Source of the DNA: Minisyncoccota bacterium
Lineage (GTDB): Bacteria > Patescibacteriota > Minisyncoccia > Phycocordibacterales > PALSA-1337
Assembly: GCA_041665325.1 (NCBI GenBank)
Contig: JBAYJB010000001.1
Location: 233,286 to 297,285, forward strand
Length of the DNA: 64,000 nt
Direction of reading: 5' to 3'
Shown here one piece after another: positions 37,788 through 46,961 of the stretch. Position numbers and translations under genes: made by a program. Numbering within the stretch: the first letter of the stretch is position 1; each line of letters opens with the position of its first letter. The notes below the pieces were generated by a model, which saw nothing but the letters and a program-made list of their open reading frames with translations, made no database searches and was not told the DNA's origin.

Positions 37788-38114
37788 TCAGGCAGCTCGA
37801 TCGGTCTTCAGGCCGAAGCGATCATTGTATTCGGATAGCGCTTCGACATAAGCGTCAGCCTTCTCGATCTCGGTCCCGAGACCGAGACTTTTGTTGTTGG
37901 AAAATAGCAGGTCCGCCAGAGCATCGCCCAGCATCTTATTGAACCTGGGATCTCTCTTGGCCAAGCTCTGGCCAAGCTCGAAGAGTTGAGCTCTCTCCTC
38001 CGGAGTAGTCTCGCGGCCAAAGGTATCAGTTTTCCACCTCTCAAATTCCTGAAGCTCTGGGAGGACGCCTTCCTCGATGCTGTGGATATTCTCTGGGGAT
38101 TCTATGCTGGGCAT
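37788..38114 (-). CDS. hypothetical protein (acidic, alpha-helical)
   Basis: 108 aa with no recognisable homology, immediately downstream of the large ATPase on the same strand. Confidence 0.3.
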   Translation of the reverse strand: MPSIESPENIHSIEEGVLPELQEFERWKTDTFGRETTPEERAQLFELGQSLAKRDPRFNKMLGDALADLLFSNNKSLGLGTEIEKADAYVEALSEYNDRFGLKTDRAA

Positions 38115-38123
38115 GGTGGTTGC

Positions 38124-40883
38124 TTATTTCTGATACTTCTTCATGACTTCGGCTTCGACCTCGGCGCGCGGGCGGCCGAATGTGAGGGCGGATATCTCCT
38201 TGAGCTTGTCTGCCTGACCGGAGTCGCCCTTCTCGGGCGGCATGATCGCGATATTGAAAGGCTTGGCCGGACGGCCACCGGAAAGGAGCTTCACATAGGC
38301 GTTGAAGTTGTCCAGGTTGGTGATGTCGGTTTGCGTGAAGACTGGCGTGAATTGCTTCTCGAGATATTCGGCATCATCACTGCCGACGCGGAAGACCGCC
38401 ATCGAACCGACGTTGCCAAAGACGGCATTCTTGATCTTGTCATCGAGCTGACCGATGAACTGATGCGCCACAGTGAGCGCCAGGCGGTACTTGCGCGCTT
38501 CGGAAAGGATGGTGGAGATCGAGTCGGTGGTGATATTTTGGAACTCATCCAGATACAGGAAGAAGTCAGGCATATCCTTGCCGAATGAGTCCACGCGGGA
38601 GAGCGCGGCCATGAGGATCTTGCCGACTAGGATGAGGCCAATCAGGTGCGAGTTGATGTCGCCGAGGCGGCCCTTGGAGAGATTGACTAGCAGGATCTTC
38701 TTCTTGTCCATGATCTCGCGCATATTGAAAGACGACTGCTCTTGGGCGATGATCGGGCGCATGACCTCGTTCGAGAGGAAGACATCGAACTTCGAGGTGA
38801 TATAGGGCACGATATTGGCGAGCGAAGCTTCCCCGCCGGCCTTCTCGGCGATCTCCTTCCAGAACTGGACGACCACGGGATTCTTGCACCGGCTGATCTT
38901 GAGCTCGCGGAAAGCCTTGTTGGACATGACGCGCGAGACATCAAGGAGCGTCGAACCACTATCAGGATCTTCGATGACCAGGTTGGTGGCGTTGCGGAAA
39001 TACTGCTCGAACATCGGCCCCATGGATTCCGGCACAGCGCCGTAGAGCTTCTGGAAGATGCTGAACATCTCGTTGACCACGAAAGTCTTCTGCTCGGGAT
39101 AACGGCGGTCGAACTCGAGCATATTGAGGCCCATCGGCCGCTCGACGGATGCCGGGTCGAAATAGATGACATCCTCATAGCGCTCCGGCGGGATGCGGGC
39201 GAGGATATCGGCGACGTCGGAGCCGTGCGGATCGATGAAACACACGCCGTGGCCGTCCTCGATGTCCTGGATGATCATGTTCTTGAGGAGTGTGGTCTTG
39301 CCGGTGCCGGTCTGGCCGATGACATAGAAGTGGCGCATGCGGTCCTCCGGCGCGATGTATACCGGCACTTCGGAGCCGCGGTGGCGGTTGACACCGAGGA
39401 GTGTGCCGGCCTTGGGCAGGTCGAGTGGCAAGGGCGACGTACCGGCCTTGGACTGTTTGAGCTGCGGCGCGGCCTTGCCGACATGCGCGGCCGGGAAATG
39501 CATGGTCGTGGTCAGCTCCTCGAGATTGAGGACGATCGAATCCTTCTCATCAAAAGTACGCAAGGAGAACCTTTCCAGTAGATTTTCCAGATTATCTTTC
39601 TCTATCTTCTGCCATTCGATACGATTGCCATGGCCGTCCTCGAACTGGTTGAAGCTTGATTCGAGGTCATGAAGGATGCCGGCCGCCTCAGCCTGACTCG
39701 CGGCCGAAGCGACAATGCGGATGTCTACAGAGACAAGCGGGCTCTTGATCTTGCGCGTGAACTGTTCCACGGCAGTCTGGTCGACGGCCCCGACGCGCTT
39801 CTCCCGGTCCTCCTTGTCCTTCTTGATCTGTTCAACGCTTTTGAACATGTTGAGGACATCCTTGGTGAATCCTCCAATGAGCGACTGCCCGACTTCCTTG
39901 AGCGCCTCACCCACCTTCTCTCCCTTACGAATCTTCTCGATAGCCCTGGTCGCTTCTTTCATGTATCCGTCGCGGCGCGCGCCAATCACGAATTGGATGG
40001 CCGCACCCTCGCCCTCACGATCGATCTTGGAAAAGCTGTTCAGGATGCCGGAAAGCGGGTCGATATCAAAAGATTCGTAAGATTTGAGCGGGTAGAGGAA
40101 ATGTCTAGAGAGCCGGGCGCAAGAAGCAGCCGAGGCGCCGGCCGGGTTGAAGATATTATAGTCATCCTTGTGCTCGTGGATGTGTGCTTCCGAGAAGACG
40201 GCCAGGATCTGCTTCTCGAAGAGCTCCTTGCGCGGGGTCGGCACGGAGACATAGAAGACAAACTCGTCGCTGCCGTTCGACTTGGTGATCTCCACGGTGA
40301 ACCAGGCGGGATCCTTGGGGTCGGCGGAGACCGAAAGCATGCCGGCGTAGAATTGTTCCATGCCGGAGATGAGCGCCTTGAGCTCCTTCTGCTTGTCCTC
40401 CTCACTCGTGTCGGGCAGGCTGACCTCATAGAGCGTCATATGGAGCGGCTTCCAGAGCTCGTCGCCCTCCTTGAGACCGGAGATCGGATAGCCCGAAGAA
40501 ATAAATTGGACGAGGAAGCGGTGGAAGTCGTCTAGGAGGTGAGGATTGCCCATCTTCTCCACGACATGCATGGCATTCCTGATGCCTTTCTCCTGCATCA
40601 CGACGATCAGACCCTCGATCTGTTTGTCATGCGGCTCCGGCGAGAGCTCGAGGGTGATAGCTTCGGTCTCATGTTTAGCGATGGCGTAGTCAGGATGCAA
40701 AAGCTCGCCATGAGGGATCTTGGCGTACTGCTTCAGAGTCTCCTTGGCGACTTGCTCGCGCGTCATCTCGGCCCCGCTCTCCCGGGCACGCTCGGCGCCT
40801 TGGTCGGTGGCTTCGCGCAAGCGCGAAAGCTCTTCTTGCGGAGTCGACGCTTTTTCAACAGTCTCAAAACCGAGAGGCTTCAT
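38124..40883 (-). CDS. VirB4/TraC/HerA-like (DUF87, FtsK-HerA superfamily) P-loop ATPase with ~500-aa N-terminal domain
   Basis: 919 aa. Walker A GQTGTGKTT at aa 523-531 (nt about 39291-39317). The HerA-like motif CFIDPHGSD follows at aa 548-556. Walker B FFLYLDEFQ at aa 774-782. The N-terminal 500 aa have no recognised family. NCBI-style name: type IV secretion system DNA-binding domain-containing protein. Confidence 0.6.
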   Translation of the reverse strand: MKPLGFETVEKASTPQEELSRLREATDQGAERARESGAEMTREQVAKETLKQYAKIPHGELLHPDYAIAKHETEAITLELSPEPHDKQIEGLIVVMQEKGIRNAMHVVEKMGNPHLLDDFHRFLVQFISSGYPISGLKEGDELWKPLHMTLYEVSLPDTSEEDKQKELKALISGMEQFYAGMLSVSADPKDPAWFTVEITKSNGSDEFVFYVSVPTPRKELFEKQILAVFSEAHIHEHKDDYNIFNPAGASAASCARLSRHFLYPLKSYESFDIDPLSGILNSFSKIDREGEGAAIQFVIGARRDGYMKEATRAIEKIRKGEKVGEALKEVGQSLIGGFTKDVLNMFKSVEQIKKDKEDREKRVGAVDQTAVEQFTRKIKSPLVSVDIRIVASAASQAEAAGILHDLESSFNQFEDGHGNRIEWQKIEKDNLENLLERFSLRTFDEKDSIVLNLEELTTTMHFPAAHVGKAAPQLKQSKAGTSPLPLDLPKAGTLLGVNRHRGSEVPVYIAPEDRMRHFYVIGQTGTGKTTLLKNMIIQDIEDGHGVCFIDPHGSDVADILARIPPERYEDVIYFDPASVERPMGLNMLEFDRRYPEQKTFVVNEMFSIFQKLYGAVPESMGPMFEQYFRNATNLVIEDPDSGSTLLDVSRVMSNKAFRELKISRCKNPVVVQFWKEIAEKAGGEASLANIVPYITSKFDVFLSNEVMRPIIAQEQSSFNMREIMDKKKILLVNLSKGRLGDINSHLIGLILVGKILMAALSRVDSFGKDMPDFFLYLDEFQNITTDSISTILSEARKYRLALTVAHQFIGQLDDKIKNAVFGNVGSMAVFRVGSDDAEYLEKQFTPVFTQTDITNLDNFNAYVKLLSGGRPAKPFNIAIMPPEKGDSGQADKLKEISALTFGRPRAEVEAEVMKKYQK

Positions 40884-40988
40884 GGAGATATTATAGCAAC
40901 AAGCGAGGACTTGAGACAGCTTGCTGGTTCATAGTCCGAGCACTGTTGCTAAACGATCGAAGCGGGTATATCAGATGTCGAGCATGGC

Positions 40989-42431
40989 CTAATAACCAAG
41001 TTCCTGCGCAAGTTCGGCGAAGAGCTTGTCTTGAGCGGGATAGGCGTTCGGGGACAAGAGGACGCCATATTTCTCGGCGATCCTGACATCTCGCTCGATC
41101 GCTCCAACAAGATTATTATCAAAACGCGGGTATAGGTCTCTCAATCCCTTCTTGATAGCATCGCCAGCGGGATCGTTGTTGATGATCAGATTATCATCTA
41201 GTTTCTTCTCAAAAAGCATGGCCTGTGTCTTGGCGAATGGTACCTGACTAGTGACCCACTGCAACATCTGTCCGGCGATGGATGATTTGCGCAGGCCATC
41301 TAGATTCTCGACACCTCTCTTGAGATCGGTGCCGATATCCTCGTTGATCTCGCGGAACTCGGCATTGCCGCGCTCTGCGAACTCTTCCGCGGACACCTGA
41401 CCGACATAAGATAGGTCGCCGATGGCCACCGCTAAAGTAGACAGGCTTGATTCCGGCTTGAGATGGTTCTGATCAAAAGCGAAGACCGACACCTCCCCTT
41501 TCTCATTCGCAGGAAAATACTTCTTGAATGGCTCATCTACCTCCTTAGGATCAAAACGCAGGAATGTCACGGCAGGATGAGTAGCATCTATGGCCGCTCT
41601 GACCTCGTCGTTCATCTCCCTGGTAAATACCGCTCCGGTACGATCAACATCGCCGATCATCTGGACAGCCAGCTTAGCGCTCAATTCTTCGTTGCCGCCT
41701 CCACTAGCGGCTACTTCGGCCTTGATATTCTCCGGCAGTTTGTCGGTGTCAGCCGGACCGGCGCCGCGGTTCCTCTGGAATTTGCCGGTCTCCCTGTTAA
41801 CCACGCCGTTCACGACGCTGTCATGGAAATCAGCCGCGGCCGCGACAATACGAGATGCGTCAATGTCGACGAGGTTGGGGGCGATGGCCTGGATGGCATC
41901 TAGGATCTTGAGGGCGGCTGTTTTGACATCTTGAGCATGTTCTAGATTATGAAAAGAGCGGTCATGCCCCGCCTCGATGGCCTCCACCATATTCTCGCTC
42001 ATCTCTTCCACGGCTCTCTGACTGACTTGGTCCATGACCTTCTGCACAGCCGGGCTTTCCACGCGGTACTCCGGAACAACGATCACCTCTTCATGTCTGG
42101 AAGAATCCAGATTGGATCTCTCCCTATCAACCAGTTCGATGACTTTGGCACGGAGGCCGTGGGCTTCCGGAATCTCTTTGACAAAAAGCATGTCGCCCGC
42201 GGAATATACACGCTCGGCCGGAGATTGCCGGAGATCAGCCAAACCTGCCTCCACAATGGACTCTATTTCTTTGGCTGTATAAGTCCTTTCCGATCCCTCG
42301 ATGACCTGTTCGGCCTCGAGAACCGCAAAAAGCTCGTCAAAATCCGGAGAAGATGATATCAGGGATTCGAAATCGCTGACTTGCTGTTCGAGATCTTCGA
42401 GTTGTGGGTCTGGACCGTCTTCTAGAGACAT
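40989..42431 (-). CDS. hypothetical acidic protein with possible HD-like metal-binding motif
   Basis: 480 aa, pI clearly acidic, no TM helix. SFHNLEHAQDV (H161, H165) is followed 38 aa later by ADFHDSV (H203-D204), the spacing of HD-domain motifs I and II. This is a weak motif-only call. Confidence 0.35.
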   Translation of the reverse strand: MSLEDGPDPQLEDLEQQVSDFESLISSSPDFDELFAVLEAEQVIEGSERTYTAKEIESIVEAGLADLRQSPAERVYSAGDMLFVKEIPEAHGLRAKVIELVDRERSNLDSSRHEEVIVVPEYRVESPAVQKVMDQVSQRAVEEMSENMVEAIEAGHDRSFHNLEHAQDVKTAALKILDAIQAIAPNLVDIDASRIVAAAADFHDSVVNGVVNRETGKFQRNRGAGPADTDKLPENIKAEVAASGGGNEELSAKLAVQMIGDVDRTGAVFTREMNDEVRAAIDATHPAVTFLRFDPKEVDEPFKKYFPANEKGEVSVFAFDQNHLKPESSLSTLAVAIGDLSYVGQVSAEEFAERGNAEFREINEDIGTDLKRGVENLDGLRKSSIAGQMLQWVTSQVPFAKTQAMLFEKKLDDNLIINNDPAGDAIKKGLRDLYPRFDNNLVGAIERDVRIAEKYGVLLSPNAYPAQDKLFAELAQELGY

Positions 42432-42449
42432 GGATGTTTATTTAGACGC

Positions 42450-42794
42450 TTAGGCTGCTTGTTCGGTCTCGTCTGACTCAAGCTTCTCGCCATTTATATA
42501 CCGGCCTTCTAGAGCCTGCGCCTGTTTGCGGATCTCTGCTTCGAGATCGGGATCTGCGACAACCGCGTTGAGCGCCAACTCAACCAATTGTTCTTGCGGC
42601 ATTTTGTCGAAATACGCCTTAAGCTCGGCTCTCTCCTTCAGACGGCGGCGATCTACCTTCTCTACCGGACCAGTACGCTTCTCTGTGACGGGCTTTTCCG
42701 AGTTATTCTTGACGCCCATGGCCTCGTCCATGATATTGCCGAGATTGGTAACAACTTCCTCCGAACCCTGTGGTGACTCAAATTTGTTTGTCAT
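42450..42794 (-). CDS. hypothetical acidic protein
   Basis: 114 aa, first gene of the co-directional 42794 to 38124 unit. No homology recognised. Confidence 0.3.
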   Translation of the reverse strand: MTNKFESPQGSEEVVTNLGNIMDEAMGVKNNSEKPVTEKRTGPVEKVDRRRLKERAELKAYFDKMPQEQLVELALNAVVADPDLEAEIRKQAQALEGRYINGEKLESDETEQAA

Positions 42795-42857
42795 AGTGGA
42801 TATATCATACCATGAATTATGGTTTTATACTATAGACTGTAGTATAATTGACGAACA

Positions 42858-44039
42858 ATGGAAAAACCACCGGAAGCAGAGCTTGGGCCGGAAATACAAG
42901 GAGAAGGTGAGCCCGTCAAGAATCTCATCGAATCTTTCGATAAACTCTACTACACCCAAGGCACAGTCACTCACCGTAGCCGCTTTGCCCGAACTCCTGA
43001 AGATGCGAAGGGTAAGGAGCGACCGCTCTTTATCCGTGCGCAAAGGGCAGAACTCTACAAACAGATCCTCGCACTGCCCCACAACACCGAGCAAGAAAAA
43101 GAAAATAGTCGTGCCAAAAGGAAGGTGATCATCGAAGAGGGCCATCTGCGAGATGAAATAAATGAACAATACTTCAAACAGAGAGAAATTGCGATCAACT
43201 TGCCTCGATATGGAGAACAAAAATCTCGGGTAGTCGATATCCACCCGCCGGAAGAGTTGCAGACTCCGGAAACAGAGGCAAAACCGCCGATCTTCCTGAT
43301 CCCCGGCATATCAAATGATATCGAGTGTGTAAGCTCCTTTATCGCAGAAGTCGCATTCCAAGGCAGGCGGATCGTCACTGTCGGTTATCCGGAATCATTT
43401 ATGGGACACACGACACAGGAGTTCGCGGATGCTGTAGAGAAAGACCCAGGCTTCGCTCCACACATAGAATTCTATAAGGCAGTGATAGATAAGCTGTTCA
43501 ACAAAGGCGAACTGATCGAATTGTGGGGTTTCTCTACTGGCGCCCCCATCATCTCGGGCATCTTGAAAGATAAAAAGTATTCTCAAATGACCAAGGACGC
43601 CGCCCTGATTCTTCCCGCCGCGGTCGTCGACCAGAGCCTGAACAGTCTCAAAATGGGAGTAGTCCAAGAACTCGGATTATTGAAAGGCAATAGCACAGCA
43701 TCTTTGAACTTGACTGTTGCTTCAAAGGTGCCGAAGGAGAAAGAACAAACCAAGCTTAGGGAGGAGGTATTGGAATCACTGCTAAATAAGATTTGTGTGA
43801 ATAACAACGACTGGAGAGATGCTCGCGTCCGGGAAGGAGGAAATATAATCGTGGTCACTGGCGGCAAAGACAAGATAACAAAGGGCACAATGATGAATGA
43901 AGAATTCAAGACCGGTAATGGTCAGATGAGGGTCGTAGACATTCCAGACGCATATCATTCGACAGTGCAGATAGATCCTGAATCTGTGGTCTCGAAGCTC
44001 TTTGCGACAGAAAGAGAGATGGAGGAAAATCTCACCTGA
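42858..44039 (+). CDS. alpha/beta-hydrolase-fold protein (GxSxG esterase/lipase-like)
   Basis: 393 aa. Nucleophile elbow GFSTG in ELWGFSTGAPIISGIL, preceded by an HG-like oxyanion region (IFLIPGISND). Divergently transcribed from the ATPase operon. A TATAAT lies 16 nt upstream. Confidence 0.5.
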   Translation: MEKPPEAELGPEIQGEGEPVKNLIESFDKLYYTQGTVTHRSRFARTPEDAKGKERPLFIRAQRAELYKQILALPHNTEQEKENSRAKRKVIIEEGHLRDEINEQYFKQREIAINLPRYGEQKSRVVDIHPPEELQTPETEAKPPIFLIPGISNDIECVSSFIAEVAFQGRRIVTVGYPESFMGHTTQEFADAVEKDPGFAPHIEFYKAVIDKLFNKGELIELWGFSTGAPIISGILKDKKYSQMTKDAALILPAAVVDQSLNSLKMGVVQELGLLKGNSTASLNLTVASKVPKEKEQTKLREEVLESLLNKICVNNNDWRDARVREGGNIIVVTGGKDKITKGTMMNEEFKTGNGQMRVVDIPDAYHSTVQIDPESVVSKLFATEREMEENLT

Positions 44040-45636
44040 TCATTTCCTGCAGACGTCTCCATATCACATACATCACCTCGGTGTCGTATTTGCAGTACTC
44101 CAACATCTCGCGTCTCTTCTTTTCGGCGGCATCTCCGGTCAATTCGCCCCGCGAGATCTGCCGGTAAGCCTCTATGGCTTCGGTGCCGTTCTTGACGCCA
44201 AGCTTCTTGTAGGCGAACTCGGGGGCCAGCACTTCCTGGACCTTCTTGATCGAGGCACTGCCCCGGAAGCCGTGGTGCACATAATGCTGTTGGTCGACGA
44301 TATCCATGAGATCATATGTGCGCTTGATCACATCATGCAAGAATTCTTTTTGCGCCGGAATGAGCCGCGCCAATTCCTTGTTTCGTGAATTCTCGAATTT
44401 CTTATTCCAAGAAATGACCGTGCCCACATTGCCGATATCTTTTCTCAATCCAGCGACAATCTGTTCCGCCGGATCACCTTCGAGCACCAGACACTCGCGA
44501 TGCTCCGGCGCGGCGTCTGGCGCATTCAATATATGGAGCGAATACTGGAAGACGATGTGTTGGTAAGGACTGTAGCCGCTGAATGGCGGGATAGCCGTGG
44601 GATATGTCTCGTAATCCAGGAAGTAGAGCGGGAATTGTAGAGAATCAAGTTCTTTTTTGATCGCATCCAAATCAACTATCGGCTGTTTGGTCTTGTGAAC
44701 GCGCACTTGATTGAGCTTACGCGGCTTGGTCTGCTTCTCGTTTGCCTTGGCTGGCTTCGGATGTAATCTGTCATCTTCCGGCACTTGGTCTATCTCCAAG
44801 ATCCCTTCGTCGAGAAGTTCCTTGAGATATTTCTTGCTGTTCCCAATGCGGTTCAGGTCATGGACGCTGTACGCCGGCACCTGCGGGTTGCTCAAGGTGA
44901 ATGAAGTGCAATGCGACGAGCGGCCCTTGTAGTAGCACTCACAAGGACCAACGGGCATTTTATCTTGAGATAAATATGAGAGCGCGCCCTCCATCTCAGA
45001 AAGGATCGCGGATAGACGATCCTCATAAAGTTCCTCTGTCTTATCCGTGAGTTTGAATAGCTTGCTGTAGTCTAGATCACCCACGCGCACATAATCCCTA
45101 TTTAATCGCACCAAATACTTCTTATTAAAATTCACACCGCACAACTTGGCAACATTTACCTGAAAAGCTAAGTCATACTCAAATTGTTCCTCCTTCTTCT
45201 TGTTTATTTTCTTAGGCTTACCAGATTCGTCTTCCTCCTCTTCGTCGGTCGAAGACATCTTGATCTCATAGACATCGTAAGCGTTCGCTTCGGTGTTCCA
45301 TACGATCACGTCAGCAGCAGCCAAGAATCTGTCAGTGCTGAAAACCGGCTGGAAGATGACGGGATGTCTCTCCTTGATGAGTTTCTCCGTCAGTTCCTGG
45401 GCACCTTCGCTCCTCTTCTCGACTAGATAGCCCCCCGGGAACATCCCGCGCGCCATTTCTTCGACTTCATTTCCCATGACGCCAAGCGACTTCTCGAATT
45501 CGGACACCTCAAACTTGCGGTACTCCTCCGGCAGATGCCACTTGTTCCAGACATTCCTGGCGCAGTCGCGGTAAAGGATGAAATCGGTCTTGGTGAGGAG
45601 TTTCATGAGACTTATATTAACACCAATGTATTGCAA
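44032..45636 (-). CDS. Cas4/RecB-like PD-(D/E)XK nuclease fused to DUF2779 (RNase H-like) domain
   Basis: 534 aa. An N-terminal Cys (YRDC) plus the C-terminal cluster CECYYKGRSSHC (CxC-x7-C) suggest a Cas4-type Fe-S nuclease. FPLYFLDYETYPTAIPPFSGYSPYQHIVFQYSLH is the hallmark motif of the DUF2779 family. Confidence 0.5.
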   Translation of the reverse strand: MQYIGVNISLMKLLTKTDFILYRDCARNVWNKWHLPEEYRKFEVSEFEKSLGVMGNEVEEMARGMFPGGYLVEKRSEGAQELTEKLIKERHPVIFQPVFSTDRFLAAADVIVWNTEANAYDVYEIKMSSTDEEEEDESGKPKKINKKKEEQFEYDLAFQVNVAKLCGVNFNKKYLVRLNRDYVRVGDLDYSKLFKLTDKTEELYEDRLSAILSEMEGALSYLSQDKMPVGPCECYYKGRSSHCTSFTLSNPQVPAYSVHDLNRIGNSKKYLKELLDEGILEIDQVPEDDRLHPKPAKANEKQTKPRKLNQVRVHKTKQPIVDLDAIKKELDSLQFPLYFLDYETYPTAIPPFSGYSPYQHIVFQYSLHILNAPDAAPEHRECLVLEGDPAEQIVAGLRKDIGNVGTVISWNKKFENSRNKELARLIPAQKEFLHDVIKRTYDLMDIVDQQHYVHHGFRGSASIKKVQEVLAPEFAYKKLGVKNGTEAIEAYRQISRGELTGDAAEKKRREMLEYCKYDTEVMYVIWRRLQEMIR

Positions 45637-45770
45637 TCGCTTAACTCTAGATATAGTATATTAATAGATTTCAATCTTGGGCGAAGCACCCCGTGTCATG
45701 GTCCCATGATGATTGGCTTGTTGCGGAATCATCACGCAACGAGAGTACCAGCGGCAAGTGCCACCCCCTC

Positions 45771-45810
45771 GGCCTGCACAGCTTTAAGCTTGTGCAGGCC
45801 CTTCGTTTAT
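45771..45810 (+). terminator. strong hairpin + T-tract (orphan, plus-strand orientation)
   Basis: GGCCTGCACAGCTTTAAGCTTGTGCAGGCC (13-bp stem with one bulge) followed by CTTCGTTTAT. No plus-strand CDS lies upstream. It sits between the nuclease gene start and tRNA-Ser. Confidence 0.35.
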
Positions 45811-45826
45811 AGAACATTAATTTTAT

Positions 45827-45916
45827 TGGCGGAGGGTAGGAGATTCGAACTCCTGATACCCGTTAGGGTATGCCACCTTTCCAAGGTGGTGCACTAGACC
45901 GCTATGCGAACCCTCC
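45827..45916 (-). tRNA. tRNA-Ser (anticodon GGA), type II, CCA encoded
   Basis: Reverse complement GGAGGGTTCGCATAGCGGTCTAGTGCACCACCTTGGAAAGGTGGCATACCCTAACGGGTATCAGGAGTTCGAATCTCCTACCCTCCGCCA. Anticodon loop TTGGAAA and a long variable arm. Confidence 0.8.
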
Positions 45917-45971
45917 ATATATAAGGAGCGCGTAGAGACAGATTAGCAGAACATCCCGAAATCACCAACCT

Positions 45972-46961
45972 TCACCACCGCCCGCTGGCGCCGCCGCCGC
46001 CGGACATGCCGCCGCCGAAACCGCCAAACCCTCCGCCGCCAGAGCCGCCGCGTCCGCCACCGAGGAAGATCGGCCAGATACCGCCAGAGCTGCCGGGGCC
46101 GGGCGGATGCTTCGAGATGAAGTAATCAAAGATGAGACCGAGGATGGTCAGCACGATGATCAGGATGATCCCTACTGGAACGAACCCTGTGAAAATTCCG
46201 ATAATCCCGCCAGCGATCGCGCCGAGGACGCCGCCGAGCCACCATGATTTGGTCTTGCCCAGAATCTTGGCAAGGATATTGAATATGATGATAACGAAGA
46301 AGAATATCGCCGCCGGATTGAAACTGCTCTCTAGAGAACTTTCGCTTGAGGGCTCTGAATACTGCGCGGCATCCGCCGAGCCAGTGATGATATCCGACAC
46401 CGCTTGGACCGCCCCAGTCACACCGGCATCATAATCCCCCTCCTTGAAGGCCGGGATCATCACCTTGCGGATGATGTTGCCGGACTGGAGATCGGTGACA
46501 GTCCCTTCGAGGCCATAACCGACTTCGATGCGGACTTCACGATCGGCGACGGAAACTAGGATAAGGAGACCGTTGTCATGCTCTTTGTTCCCGATTCCCC
46601 ATTCTTGGAACAATTTGTTCGCATAGTTCTCGATGGTATCGCCGACGATCGCGTCGACGGTCACCACCGTGATCTGATCGCCGGTCGCATCCTGCAGAGA
46701 CTTCAGTTGCCCATTCAGTGATTGGACGGTCGTAGTTTGGAGCACATGCGCAAAATCATTGACATAGCCGGTAGCTTTGCCGGGACTCGTATAGGCAAGG
46801 GCGACGTTCGCAATGAGTAAGGAGAGACTTGCGAGCGCGACTGGCGCGAGCACGAGGAATTTCCTAGCAAGCGATCCAGCAGGATCGTGCAGAGCTAAAT
46901 ATCCGTGCTCTACTTGCTCATTGCGAATGAAGCCTTTACTAGAGACTGACTTTCGGTGCAT
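45972..46961 (-). CDS. TPM-domain protein (YgcG-like) with C-terminal TM segment and Gly-rich tail
   Basis: TPM/DUF477 motifs (GYVNDFAHVL...QITVVTVDAI...GLLILVSVADREVRIEVGYGLEG), a TM helix and a C-terminal GGGRGGSGGGGFGGFGGG tail. Sits downstream of lemA, as in LemA-TPM operons. The start is uncertain (46961, 46982 or 47009). Confidence 0.65.
   Translation of the reverse strand: MHRKSVSSKGFIRNEQVEHGYLALHDPAGSLARKFLVLAPVALASLSLLIANVALAYTSPGKATGYVNDFAHVLQTTTVQSLNGQLKSLQDATGDQITVVTVDAIVGDTIENYANKLFQEWGIGNKEHDNGLLILVSVADREVRIEVGYGLEGTVTDLQSGNIIRKVMIPAFKEGDYDAGVTGAVQAVSDIITGSADAAQYSEPSSESSLESSFNPAAIFFFVIIIFNILAKILGKTKSWWLGGVLGAIAGGIIGIFTGFVPVGIILIIVLTILGLIFDYFISKHPPGPGSSGGIWPIFLGGGRGGSGGGGFGGFGGGMSGGGGASGRW

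Noticed and set aside
42861-42890. CCGGAAGCAGAGC resembling the SRP RNA domain IV motif
   Set aside because: It sits at the 5' end of a well-supported CDS (MEKPPEAELG), is only a partial match, and no flanking helix can be built.
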